Positions 26,830 to 39,492 of a stretch of 64,000 bases of DNA are shown piece after piece (position 1 is the first letter of the stretch; each line of letters starts with the position of its first letter). The stretch is from Octopus vulgaris (taxonomy: Eukaryota): assembly GCA_951406725.2 (NCBI GenBank), contig OX597826.1:66030001-66094000 (forward strand). Reading direction: 5' to 3'. A program made the position numbers and the translations under genes. The notes below the pieces were generated by a model, which worked only from the letters and a program-made list of their open reading frames with translations, had not been told where the DNA came from and ran no database searches.

Positions 26830-27284
26830 ACAGATAGATAAGACAAGTTATAAATAATGGTCATTACATATTTTTCCCTTATTAGAGTAAATTTGGCTTA
26901 CAGCTGTTTTAGAATAACCACTGGAAACAATTGTAAGCCAGATTTGCTCTAATAACACAAAAATATGTAATGATCGTTAGCTATACCTTGTCTTGTATAT
27001 TCCTCTGTGTAAAACCCAGTTTGTCTGGAGCCCAGCCATGGATTTACAATATAAAATTGCGATGAACCATAACTTTGGACCCTGCCATAAGAATACTTGG
27101 AGTTCTTCACTAATCTAAACAATTTTGGAAGAAACAATATAAGTAATGAGTGGAAATTGAACCAGTGAGTGTGTTAGGCAACAAAGCATCAAGACAATAT
27201 GACTATCCCCAGACACAACTAAACACTATTGTTAGCATGGTGTACAAACAGAGAGCATATGTGTTTGTACATATGTGTGTACTC

Positions 27285-27486
27285 TTCATTCTCTTTTACT
27301 CTTTTATTCATTTCAGTCATTTGACTGTGGCCATGCTGGAGCACCGCCTTTAGTCAAACAAATCGAACCCAGGAATCATTCTTTGTAAGAACAGTACTTA
27401 TTCTATCAGTTCTCTTTTGCCAAACCACTAAGCTACAGGGACTTAAACACACCTGCATCAGTTGTCAAGCGATGGTGGGGGGACAA

Positions 27487-27517
<31 letters not shown>

Positions 27518-27710
27518 TATATATATATATAAATACACACACACACAATGGGCTTCTTTCAGTTTCCATTTATGAAATCCACTCACAAGGCTTTGGTTAG
27601 CCTGAGGCTATAGTAGAAACACTTGCCTAAAGTGCCATGCAGTGGGACTGAACCTGGAACCATGTGGTTGGTAAGCAACTTACTTACCACACAGCCACTC
27701 CTGCACCTGT
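27285..27710 (-). mobile_element. tRNA-derived SINE, family A
   Basis: Full head, body and tail. Confidence 0.85.
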
Positions 27711-27719
27711 ATGTATATA

Positions 27720-29203
27720 TAGGGTCATCCGAAAATTAAGTTCTTTTTTAATCTAAAATATACTCTCCATCATTTTCCACAATGCTCTTCCATTTATCTG
27801 GTAGACTTGCAAGGCCCCTCTTCCAAAATTCACTTCTCCATGATGAAAAATACTCCTCCAGCACTGTTCTGACTTTGTCTACAGAATTTATATTTTTTCC
27901 ATCCAAATGATTTTGAAGACTGTGGAATAAATGATTATCAAATGGGACAATGTCTGGCAAATATGGTGGGTGGGGCATTATTTCCCATTCAAACTGCTCC
28001 AGCCTTTAGAGTGTCATCCTTGCTGTATGTGGCTGAGCATTATCCTGATGGAAGAACACCTTTCATCTTGAAACCCAAAATGATCATTTTTCTTCTAGTA
28101 CTGACTTAAGTAGCTCAAGCTTCTCACAGTAGATCTCCTTTGTTATTGTTTGGTTTTGAATTAAAAGTTCAAAGTGGACTAAACCTTTCATATCCCACCA
28201 AACAGGTAACACCTTACATGGATGAAGACCTTCTTTAGCTTGGGGTGCCAGTGTTTCTCCTTTCCCTACCCACTGTCTTTAGCACTTGACATTTTTATAG
28301 AGAACCCATTTCTCATCACTAGTCACTATTTGGTCCAAAAAATGTTCATTCATGAGAGGTAACAGCAAAGAAGAGCACACATTCACTCTCTGCATGCAAT
28401 TAGAATTGGGAAGTTTGTGAGGAACTCACTGACCCAAATTACTGACTTTTCTGATGGCACACAGGTGTTGATGAATGGTTGAATGACCAAATCCAAGCTT
28501 CTCTGCAAGTTCCTCAACTGTTATGATGGTATTTTGTTCCAGCAGGGTTTGAAGGACATACTTGTCATTTGCAGGTGATACTCTACAGGTCTTCTAGGAT
28601 GAGGCTCATCTTCTAGGCTGAAGTTTCCGGCTCAGAATTTCTGGAACCACCATTGACACTAGCTTATACTTATTGTCTGATCCTCATATACTACATCAAT
28701 ATTCCTAACACTTTCTTATTTCTTTACTGCCCACAAGGGGCTAAACACAGAGAGGACAAACAAGGACAGACAAACGGATTAAGTCGATTATATAGATCCC
28801 AGTGCATAACTGGTACTTATTTAATCGACCCCGAAAGGATGAAAGGTAAAATCGACCTCGGTGGAATTTGAACTCAGAACGTAGCAGCAGGCAAAATACC
28901 GCTAAGCATTTCGCCCAGCGTGCTAACCTTTCTACCAGCTCACCACTTTTCTGTTGTATTGTTGCCTTTATTGAACTCATAAAGCAAAATATGTTGAATA
29001 TGCTCCTTTGCCACTTCCATTATAGCTTTGAAAAAATAAGTGTTAAAATCGAACTGCACTCTTCAAAACTTGCACTAAGAATAAGCACAAGGTGAACTTA
29101 CTACCTACTTTTATAGCAAGTTGAGGCAGGTAGTTTATCCTATCCCCCTTTGACTTTTAATTCATGCAATTGAAAATCTGCACTATTTATGAGACGACCC
29201 AAT
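27720..29203 (-). mobile_element. Full-length degenerate mariner (transposase pseudogene 29020-27748) interrupted by a SINE
   Basis: MEVAKEHIQHILLYEF..WFQKF..SLEDEP; FFHQDNA; HPPYLPDIVPFDNHLFHSLQN; imperfect TIRs. Confidence 0.85.
28714..28946 (-). mobile_element. Nin/Deu-domain tRNA SINE with a Tx1-like tail
   Basis: Reverse complement of the family at 51423-51652; inserted in the mariner ORF. Confidence 0.85.
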
Positions 29204-29721
29204 ACATATACATGCATACACATACATACAGCTCCTGTGAATCGTCCTAACCATGCATGCATGGTAGATGGATGTTAAACAACATGTGGGTGTCAGTGTA
29301 TGATTGAATGTTATCTGCATGTCTAATTGTGTATGGTTTTGTTGGCCACTCGAAGATATATGAACCAAAACAAGTTTAGTTCTTTGTCACTTGAAAGAAT
29401 GATTGTTTGCCAGTCATGCAATAAATGCTGTCTCTGTTGGTGGCGGTGGGTGAAAAGACACATGTCTGTACACAGGAGCTACTGTCATAATTTTGCATGT
29501 TTGGATAAGGAAGAAATATTTCAGCAATGGCTGTAATAAAAAGCTGTTGGTCATTAACCCGGTTAAAAAGTCATCTTCACTAATTTACAGTTTGTTTCAA
29601 GAAATGAAAGCAACGGTTGTACTCAATACTGACTTCTACAATCAGTCTGAAATTACATTGTAAGTAACTGTTGTTGAAGAAAAAATATATTTGTTTTTAT
29701 TGGCTAGCATATACATATATA

Positions 29722-29808
<87 letters not shown>

Positions 29809-29949
29809 CAATAAAGATTCAAGTTAATTTAAATGAATTTACTTGAATATGGTACCTAACTTAGATGCACCAAAAAAACTATACTGTTTTAACAATACAA
29901 TAATGTGGGGTGATTATAAGCGAGAAAGAAGCAACAAGAATGGATAGGT

Positions 29950-30040
29950 TTTTAGTACAATCGTTTCATACAAGGACAGGCTTTATTAAAAGTTGCAAAA
30001 ATTACAGCATATAAACGTGTCCTGTACTCATCAGCTAAAA
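29950..30040 (-). ncRNA. Type-I hammerhead motif (inverted copy)
   Basis: Reverse complement of 31743-31833. Confidence 0.7.
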
Positions 30041-31742
30041 TACATGTGAGTTCTCTAGACATCCTATTGGTTGAGGCTATACTCATGAAGTAGATAATTA
30101 AGTAACATAAACAGATTTCCAAAGTTCATTAAAGTTCTTTAAAGATGATGTACAGTCTTATCACAGAATTTTAAAAAGTTTTAACAGCATCACAGAGAAG
30201 GTGACCTAATCCATAGTGCACATATGAATTTCCAGAGATATGATGAGGGATTACATACTCACAGACGACAAATTTATCCATTGTTAATCACAACGAGGTG
30301 GGTCTCAATTCCTGCTTATTAGCATTACAGAGAGGGTGAATTAATCCTTTGTATAGATAACTAAGAGTTCTCACACTACAGTTATCTTTTTCCTTATATC
30401 TGCATCAGTTTTTTTTGAGAACAGGGAAATGAATAGTACTTATACGTTGCTTAATTGAGGCTTTATTTAATTTCAAACTCATAAATTTAAATTCTTACTT
30501 TTAAATCTTAATTGTAATTTGTAATTTTAATTCCTAACTTAATCTAATTTAAGTAGCATAACTCTAATAAAATAAAATGAGTTACTATAGCCCCATAATT
30601 CTATTTCAAAATTAAATAAATAAGGCTACTCCCTCGGTGATAATATGATTATCTTCATTATGATAGACAATCCCCTAACACCTTGTAAATGATCTTCTAA
30701 GATTTGACCTGTAGTCCGTCAATGTATGAATAATAAAGGCAACTCCTTAAGACAATATAATGAATAAATTAAATAAGTAAACTTTAATGACTTTTTGATA
30801 AGATTATACTTAGATTTTCCTAATGTATTTTCTTCTGATTTTAGCATCTGACCCCTAAACCCCTGACTGTGTTATCTCTTTAGATTCTCTTTAAATTCAT
30901 AGCTGATTTCAACAGCAATAAATTAGCTGTTTTACTGGTCAAAGAATAACATTCTCCTCTAGTTCCTAGATGCCTGTAAATTAAAACCAGACTTGCCGTC
31001 TGCTAATTCTTCTGTATAACTAGAACCCTCTTTTTTTCTTTTTCTTTTTTCCCTTCTTTCCCTATTTCTTTCTCTTTTCTCTTTTTTCTTTTTCTTCTTC
31101 CTATTCTCTTTTTCCTTTTCTCTTCTCTTTTAGTCCCTCTCCCCCCTTTTTTGCTCCCTCCTCCTTTATTTTCTCTCTTTTCTTCTATTCCCTCCCCTTT
31201 TCTATTCTTTGCCTCTCTAGAAAGCCCTTCAGCCTTTAAAAGTTAAATAGCTACTGCCTCTTGTAAATAGCAGTAATGTGATTAATGTGGCAAATACCTA
31301 ATCATATAACAAGAATTCATACCTACCTCATTGTGTTCAACCATTGATAAATTTATCGCCTGTGAATATGAAATTCCTCTTCATTTCTCTGGAAATTTAC
31401 ATCTACACCATTGGAAATTGTGCATCTATACAAAGGATTAATTCACCCTCTCTGTAATGCTAATAAGCAGGAATTGAGACCCACCTCGTTGTGATTAACA
31501 ATGGATAAATTTGTCGTCTGTGAGTATGTAATCCCTCATCATATCTCTGGAAATTCATATGTGCACTATGGATTAGGTCACCTTCTCTGTGATGCTGTTA
31601 AAACTTTTTTAAAATTCTGTGATAAGACTGTACATCATCTTTAAAGAACTTTAATGAACTTTGGAAATCTGTTTATGTTACTTAATTATCTACTTCATGA
31701 GTATAGCCTCAACCAATAGGATGTCTAGAGAACTCACATGTA

Positions 31743-31833
31743 TTTTAGCTGATGAGTACAGGACACGTTTATATGCTGTAATTTTTGCAACTTTTAATAA
31801 AGCCTGTCCTTGTATGAAACGATTGTACTAAAA
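31743..31833 (+). ncRNA. Type-I hammerhead ribozyme motif, PLE-type
   Basis: ttttag-CTGATGA-gtacaggaca...tgtccttgtat-GAAA-cgattg-TA-ctaaaa; predicted cleavage after A31827 (GUA). Confidence 0.75.
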
Positions 31834-32061
31834 ACCTATCCATTCTTGTTGCTTCTTTCTCACTTATATATATATATATATATATATATTCATGGGAAAT
31901 GTGAAACTCTGAGTAACAGCTTTTGTTATATTTCTGCTGCTTTTAAATAAAGCATATTACTCTACCTCTGGTATTTGAGTACTCTTTTTTTCCACCTTAT
32001 TCGCATTTATGTGCTTACTCCGGTATGTGTATATATATATATATATTTGTATATATATATA

Positions 32062-32529
32062 TATGGCCGTTTGCCAGCTCTGTCTGGCAACCGTGTCGGT
32101 GGCACGTAAAAGCACCATCCGTTCGCGTCCGTTGCCAGCCTCGGCTGGCCCCCGTGCCGGTGACACGTAAAAGCACCGTCCGTTCGTGGCCGGTTGCCAG
32201 CTCTGTCTGGCCCCGTGTCGGTGGCACGTAAAAGCACCATCCGTTCATGTCCGTTGCCAGCATCGCCTGGCCCCGTGCCGGTGACACGTAAAAGCACCAT
32301 CCGTTCATGGCCGTTCGCCAGCTCTGTCTGGCACCTGTGCAGGTGGCACGTAAAAAACACCCACTACACTCGCGGAGTGGTTGGCGTTAGGAAGGGCATC
32401 CAGCCGTAGAAACACTGCCAGATCTGACTGGGCCTGACGAAGCCTTCCAGCTTCACAGACCCCAGTTGACCGTCCAACCCATGCTAGCATGGAAAGCGGA
32501 CGCTAAACGATGATGATGATGATGATGAT
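32062..32529 (+). mobile_element. RTE-type 3' tail with 5 tandem ~60-bp units
   Basis: ccgtgccggtggcacgtaaaagcaccatccgttcg-type unit x5, then the tail and (GAT)n. Confidence 0.8.
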
Positions 32530-32751
32530 TTGTGTGTGTGTGCATTTGTATCCCCACCATTGCTTGACAACTGATGTTAGTATGTTCACGTCCCCGATAC
32601 TTAGCAGTTTGGTAAAGGAGATCAATAGAATAATACTAGGCTTACAAACCCTAACCCTAATAAGTCCTGGGTTTGATTTATTTGACTAAAGGTGGTACTC
32701 CAGAATGGCCACAGACAAATGACTGAAACAAGTAAAAGAAAAGAATAAAAG

Positions 32752-33015
32752 ACTTGCACTAAACGAGGCTGCAAAGAGAGAGGTTTGGAGACGCCACTAT
32801 GAAAGGTTGTTCAATAAAGAGAATGCATGGGAGAAAGAGAGTCTGCTGAATGTTGACCCAACAGAGGGACCAGCTATCCAAATTGACAGTCCCTTGATAA
32901 ATAAAGCAATTAAGGGTATGAAGACAGGGAAAGCCCCCGGCCCATCAGGAATCACCGCAGAGATGCTCAAAATATCTGGCGGTGTCGGCTATAGCCTAGT
33001 CACCCATATAGTTAA
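32752..33015 (+). pseudogene. RTE LINE ORF fragment
   Basis: VWRRHYERLFNKENAW...AIKGMKTGKAPGPSGITAEMLK; homologous to 52990-53220 (-). Confidence 0.8.
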
Positions 33016-33523
33016 CACGAAGGAGTTATACTCTAAGTTTGTTTCTCTGGTATAGAGAGTATATATCTAAGGCATTAAAATAAGGATGAAGAAGTGTACA
33101 GCCACAAAGCTTGTTTATTACAGTCTTAAATACAATATAATCCCTTTAAATCATGGCAGGACACATGTCCTTCCTGAGTGAGCTTTCAGTATTTCACTGT
33201 AGCAAGGAATGATTCTAACTCACCAGCATAGTTATTAACTTGCTGCCTCACAAAGCTGTCTGTTTTTTTTTTTATTTAAGATGCATACATAGCAGATTTC
33301 TGAAGACCTTTTATACAAAAGCCTAGATTCTTAAGTCTAGGGTAGCAGTAAACGTCCAGTACTTAAAACATGGAGGAAAACGAAAGTTGTCAAGGAATTG
33401 TATAGTTTTAGGATGAACCTCAAGGTAAAACTTACAGAAGTGCATGAAGTTCAGCTTCATGGCAGAAGAAACCAGACAAGGTTTTGCTTGTATCTCTGTT
33501 ATTGAGCTACCATCCTTGCTTAA

Positions 33524-33745
33524 CCCTTTTGTTACCATATTTCTACTGAGATGCTCTGTGTTTCTTTCAATTAATTTTAAATATAACAAAGAAAAAAGTA
33601 AAGTATCTTAATTGTCATTAAGCTAGTGTTAGGAACATTAATTGTGACTAAGGTTTAGTGGAAGATTTTAATTTAAAACTTATGAAAACAAGATATTTGT
33701 ATTACAGAGCCAGAGCCGGTTTCAGCCGGGTTGGTAACGAAAGGG
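33524..33745 (+). mobile_element. piggyBac-like MITE
   Basis: TTAA|cccttttgttacc...ggtaacgaaaggg|TTAA. Confidence 0.8.
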
Positions 33746-33919
33746 TTAAAATGGATCTGAGGCATTAAAAGTTGTCCACTTCTTCAACATTTTGTCTGCT
33801 CAGCATGATTTCGGTTGCAGTGTTCTGGTTGTGGCTATAAAACAAAAGCCACTGGCACTCTGCCAGTTATGACAACATGTGTTTCCAGTTGATTCGATCA
33901 ACGGAACAGTCTTATTTTT

Positions 33920-34153
33920 TATTTTTTTATTGCCCACAAGTGGCTAAACACAGAGGGGACAAACAAAGACAGACAAAGGGATTGAGTCAATTACATTGAC
34001 CCCCAGTGCGTAACTGGTACTTAATTTATCGACCCCGAAAGGATGAAAGGCAAAGTCGACCTCGGCAGAATTTGAACTTAGAACGTAAAAGCAGACAAAA
34101 TACCACTAAGTATTTCGCCCCAATGTGCTAACGTTTCTGCCAGCTCGCCGCCT
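33920..34153 (-). mobile_element. Nin/Deu-domain SINE with a Tx1-like tail
   Basis: Reverse complement of 51423-51652. Confidence 0.85.
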
Positions 34154-34300
34154 TTGGTCAGATATGGAACAGTCTGCTCGTGAAATTAATGTGCAAGTGG
34201 ATAAGCACTCTACAAACGCACATACTCTTGACGTAGTTCTCGAGGAGATTCAGCATGATACAGAATGTGATAGGCCTGGTCCCTTTAAATTACATGTACA

Positions 34301-34466
34301 CACTAGCATAGCTAGAGCGTACTGCCCAGGACAGCCCTTCCGTTTGCCACCCCTGGACCCCTCTAAAAGCACATACTACCTACAGCAATAGCCTGCAACA
34401 ACATGAAAAGTACCACCCCTTTAAAAGTACTGCACCTACCCCCCCCCCCCTCCTGCTATGCTAGTG
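34301..34466. mobile_element. Short hAT-like MITE
   Basis: TIR cactagcatagc/gctatgctagtg; a related left end occurs at ~60051. Confidence 0.5.
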
Positions 34467-34797
34467 CTTGTATGACTTATTTTTGTCAGCTGAGTAGACA
34501 GGAGCAATGTGAAATAAAGTGTCTTGCAGAAGGAGAGAATGCACCACAGGGAATGGAATCCATGACCTGAATACACCAGCCACTGTAGCCATTCACACTT
34601 TCACACTATAGCCATTAACCACAAGTTAAACCTCCCGTGCCAGTATGGAAGACAGACGTTAAATGATGATGATGATCACAGTTTCCAATAGTACTCTGTT
34701 GATTTCAACAATGGCTATTCAGTTGTTTAATCAACTAAATTTCCAGCTCATTTAATTAGTGTAGAAGTGGCTGAGCATTCCACAGACATATGTACCC

Positions 34798-35017
34798 TTA
34801 ACCCTTTAGTGTTTAAACCAGCCATGTCTGACCAAAATATCCTACCATTTTTATGTTCAAACTGGCCAGATCCTGCCTCTCACACCTATTCTACAATGTC
34901 ATTCTAAAAATAAACACTCAGATCAATGACATCTCAAAGCTGCAAGACAATGCATGATTAATTCAAAACAAAGTGAATGAATAAGCCTTACATTTGACAG
35001 AGACATCTGAATGCTAA
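34798..35017 (+). mobile_element. piggyBac-like MITE family 2 (another copy at ~40219-40418)
   Basis: ttaaccctttag..tttaaaccagccat...ctgaatgctaa is shared by both copies. Confidence 0.55.
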
Positions 35018-35053
35018 GCAGAATCAGTAAGACAGGGCTTAGGACAAGATGTA

Positions 35054-35126
<73 letters not shown>

Positions 35127-35302
35127 GTTTAACATCCGCTTTCCATGCTAGCATGGGTTGGATGATTTGACTGAGGTCTGGTGAAACAGGCTCCAATCTC
35201 ATCTGGCAGAGTTTCTACAGCTAGATGCCCTTCCTAACACCAACCACTCCGAGAGTGTAGTGGATGCTTTTACATGCCACCAGCATGACGATAATAATAA
35301 TA

Positions 35303-35333
<31 letters not shown>

Positions 35334-35340
35334 TAATTAA

Positions 35341-38155
35341 TTCTTTTTTATTGGCCACAAGGGCTGACACGCATGATTACATAAAGGGAAAAGACAGGAC
35401 GAAAGGTTACAAAGGGTTTTGCCGTTTTTGAAAAACATTGAGTAAAAACTTTATAACAATAATTATAAAACAATGAAAAACTCCCAAGAGGGGGAGACGT
35501 TTCGAAAGGTTCCTGGTGGAAAAAACCCTACAAAAGCCAACAGGAGCCTGGTCAAAAAAGGGGTGTAGAGAGTCCCTTTTTTCTCCTTTTGTATTACTTT
35601 TTTGAAATCACAGGCGAAACCTGAGAACTGGTCCATTTATACTGGCCAGTCTCGCACAATTCACCCACCTTTCATAAAACTTGCTATCGGACAGCACTTT
35701 CCTCTCTAACCTCATCTTCCTTTTCAAGTGAAACTTGAAAAAGTTGATGAGGCCTTGACCAAAGAGGAAAGTGTCTGACTTTAGCCCTTTCAAATGAGTC
35801 CACCACACCACCTCTTTCGCCACAGCCACTAGGCACAAGAAAACGGCCTCGCCCTCCTTGTTAAAGGAGGTCGGCGGGGCAATCTTCACTATGGATTCGG
35901 CCAATAGTTGGATCTGTCCTACACGTGACAGTAGCTGTTCGACATAAACCCATATTTCAGCAATACTTGGGCACTGGACGAGTGCGTGCAGAACGGTTTC
36001 GTCGTCCTGGTAACACCTCGGGCAGGCCCGGCTGACGGCACTTCCGTGCCGATAGAGTTTATCTCAAACAGGCAGAGCCCCTCGGTAGCACTGCCAGGCG
36101 AGCGACCTCTGGAAATTATCCATCGGCCCCGGCCCGAAAGTCCTCCCGAACAGACCGCTCAGTTCGTCGTCTTCAACACCTATAGTTTCCCCGAGAACGT
36201 CACATTTTTCCTCCACTAACCCTCTATAGAACGCTAGAGTGGAGCTGTAACCGATCGCATTGCCCGCCTGACGGAGGGCGGAGAGGGATTGACGGCACTC
36301 GAGGTGCCAAGCGCCCTTTCTCGGTCTACGTTTGATCCAGGTCTGCAGCTCCGTCAAAGAGACGAGCTGCGGAAAATCGCGTCTGACAAAAGACGACCAC
36401 ACCTGTTCACCGTCTAGGAAGCGCTTGAGATGCCACAGCCTGAGCGCATGTCTGCGCAACAGCAACCATGGCATTCCAAGGCCTCCGTTCAGCGGTCGTT
36501 GACAGCAGATGGATCGCCTGACCAGTGGCACCTGACCCTTCCACAAAAAGTCGAAGAGCAGGCGTACCAGCCTGGCCAACCAGCGGTCGGGACAAGGGAC
36601 GACGGTCAAGCGGTAATAGATGACGGATGCGATGTACGCATTCGCCACCTCCGCTCGACCTTTCAGAGACAGCTTCCTCTCGGCCCATTTCTGGGTGAGA
36701 CGTGCCACCCTGCTCGTCACCTCTTCCCAGTTCTTATCCACCTGGAGGTCCGGACCGAACCAGACCCCGAGCAATTTAACGGGTCCGTCTGTCCAGCGCC
36801 CTACGACGCTGTTGGACAGCATGGGCTTGCCTCTCCAGGTGCCCAGTTGCAAGCCCACAGACTTTTCCGCGTTAATCTTTGCCCCTGTCACAGCTTCGTA
36901 CTGGTTTAGTGTCTCGCCAATCAGGCCAATGTGCCTGTGGCTCGACACCACCACGGTGACGTCGTCGGCATAGGCAGACACGTTGTTTCCGCCTCCTAGA
37001 TCGCGCAGGATACCCCTCAAAGCCTCCAACTTGCGCAGTAATGGCTCGAGAGTCAAAATGTACAAGAGGGAGGAGAGAGGGCATCCTTGGCGGACCGAAC
37101 ACGAGATGTCGAACGGTTCCGAAAGGTGACCGTTCACCCGTATCACCGAGCAGATGTTGCTGTATAAAGCAGCTATCCACCCGCGGAACACTGGACCGAA
37201 GCCGGCTGCCTTGAGGACAGCTGCCAGGTACCGATGGTCGACCCTATCGAAGGCTTTACTCTGATCCAAATTGATCAAAGCCCCACCCGCACAAGCGTCA
37301 TTACCAACCCTCTCTATGATGTAGCGCATGAGATGGAGGTTGTCGTGTATCGACCTGGTCGGCACGGCGCATGTCTGCGTCTTGCCGACCAGCTTGTCCA
37401 CGACAAGCGCCAATCTCTTGGCTAGCACCTTGGCCAAAATCTTCAACTCTGCATTGAGCAGTGTGATGGGCCGGAAATTCCCTATAACGTCCCCCTTGTT
37501 TGGGTCCTTCTTCAGCAAAGCCACCACCCCTCGACAGACAAAAGCAGGAATTCTCCCGTTTTGCTGCCAGTTGCAGTAGACGTTTGCCAACAGGCCCGCA
37601 AACAAGTCTGGCATTGAAAAGTAAAGCTCGTAGGGCAGACCATCCAAACCCGGCGATCTACCTCTCGTGCAACTCTTCATCGCTTCCTGTACTTCCCAGG
37701 CAGATATCGGTCCTTCGCAGCACTCTGCCTCGCTGTCCGAGAGTTGTGGTAGGCCGTCCAGGTACACACCGAAGTCTGCACCGTTGTCCATTCCACCGCT
37801 CATCCCAAACAGTTGAGCAAAGTGCCGCTGAAGCACCGTACACATCTGCTTCGGTTCGGTAACCTCGCGCCCGTTCTGGTCCACCAAAGACCGAATGGTT
37901 GCTTTGTTGCCTCGCTTCGCCTCCGCCACGTGGGCCCATCGAGCGGCTCTAGTCCCCTCCCCGCTTAGCGAACGTGCCTTAGCTCTGACAACGCAGCCTT
38001 CGTGTTTGGCGTTGAAGTGTTGGTCGAGGGCCAACCTTGCCGCCAACACGTCGGTCGCGATGCCAGTGTCAAGAGCCTCGTCTAGTTTCTTAACTAAATC
38101 CCGCTCTCTCTTCCTACGTTCAATAGCTAGAGTCTTACTATACCTAATCGACTTA
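35341..38155 (-). mobile_element. L1/Tx1-clade LINE, 5'-truncated, in (AAT)n
   Basis: Continuous ORF2, then a 3'UTR ending in aataaaaaagaa; AAT repeats on both flanks. Confidence 0.92.
35608..38150 (-). pseudogene. Tx1 ORF2 (RT + C-terminal Cys domain) with one in-frame stop at 36064-36066
   Basis: SPGLDGLP, NFRPITLLN, LDQSKAFDRVDH, VRQGCPLS, AYADD; the frame continues past TGA (probably from CGA) as DKLYRHG..CPRC..ETVLHALVQC into ORF 35608-35904. The annotated N-terminal poly-Ile is microsatellite. Confidence 0.9.
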
Positions 38156-38197
38156 ATAATAATAATAACAACAATAATAATAATAATAACAATGATG

Positions 38198-38228
<31 letters not shown>

Positions 38229-38570
38229 GTGTTATCATGTACATTGTTTTGTCTGTGTTATCATGTACATTGTTTTGTCTGTGTTATCATGTACATTGTT
38301 TTGTCTAGGTATAAAAGATGGGCTACAGCAAATATTCTGCTCAATACCACAGATATGCTTGTCAGTTGTTTGACTTTAACCAGTTGAACATGTCCCATCT
38401 GCAAGGTCATGATGATATTTATCTTGATATGAGATCACCATGTCGCGCACATATGGTTGTGATGCATGTGCCTGGTGTACCTTTATCAGACGGGTAGTCA
38501 TGATGGGTATATTGGACTTTGTATATTTTACCCCAGTGTCACTTTGATGGCATGAACTGCTCTCTCACTC

Positions 38571-38638
<68 letters not shown>

Positions 38639-38640
38639 TA
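38229..38640 (+). mobile_element. LINE/SINE 3' tail ending in (AAT)n, preceded by a 26-bp unit x3
   Basis: gtgttatcatgtacattgttttgtct x3; ...gctctctcactc(aat)n. Confidence 0.5.
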
Positions 38641-39113
38641 ACGAGGGGAAGAAGAAGAATCTACAATCCATGAAAAAAACTTTTACATGGTTTCTGTCTC
38701 TCTATCTTCTCAGTTTCGATCATAAAGCTTGCATCAACCTGGAAGCTATAAAAAAAAAAGACGCCCAATGGGATTGAACTCTGAAACTCAGTTTTTAGAA
38801 CCAAACTTCTTAACCAGTTCGTCATACTGCATTGACATACCCACCATCGGCTGTTGACACTCACATTATTATAGTCACCAATCCAACTATTATAAGCATA
38901 TAACAATAAATACTAGCATATGTCTTCATTATAACAGTGTGTCATTGTATTTCTATTGCTTTTTATTTTTTTCAGTGATCCATATCCTCCTCAACAAATA
39001 AAAACAAAAACACTATGAAGCTCCTAATGTATGAATGAGATACGACAACAGGTGCAGGGACGACTGTATGGTACAAAAAAAAAGCTTGTTTTGCAACTAT
39101 GCAGTTCAGATTT

Positions 39114-39492
39114 AATGTTACAGTACAGCTCTTTTGACGTCATAGTGCTGCTCTTTTGATGTCACAGTGCAGAGTGCAGCTCTTTTGATGTTACAGTGCA
39201 GAGTGCAGCTCTTTCGATGTCACAGTGCAGAGTGCAGCTCTTTTGATGTCACAGTGCAGAGCGCAGCTCTTTTGATGTCACAGCGCAGAGTGCAGTTCTT
39301 TTGATGTCACAGTGTAGAGTGCAGCTCTTTTGATGTCACAGTGCAGAGTGCAGCTCTTTTGATGTCACAGTGCAGAGTGCAGCTCTTTTGATGTCACAGT
39401 GCAGAGTGCAGCTCTTTTGATGTCACAGTGCAGAGTGCAGCTCTTTTGATGTCACAGTGCAGAGTGCAGCTCTTTTGATGTCACAGTGCAGC
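39114..39492 (+). repeat. 29-bp minisatellite (~13 copies) inside a decayed family-A SINE
   Basis: Unit gatgtcacagtgcagagtgcagctctttt; the flanks align to the SINE head (39050-39110) and body (39495-39560). Confidence 0.9.

Larger units (their letters stand above)
29803..31868 (+). mobile_element. PLE family 1 non-coding insertion with an inverted 5' pLTR
   Basis: 29915-30358 is the near-perfect reverse complement of 31424-31868; 30360-31868 is colinear with 41605-42910 downstream of the GIY-YIG ORF; flanked by (TA)n. Confidence 0.85.

Noticed and set aside
36407-37939. Overlapping and antisense ORFs within the Tx1 RT
   Set aside because: Shadow ORFs of a GC-rich coding sequence
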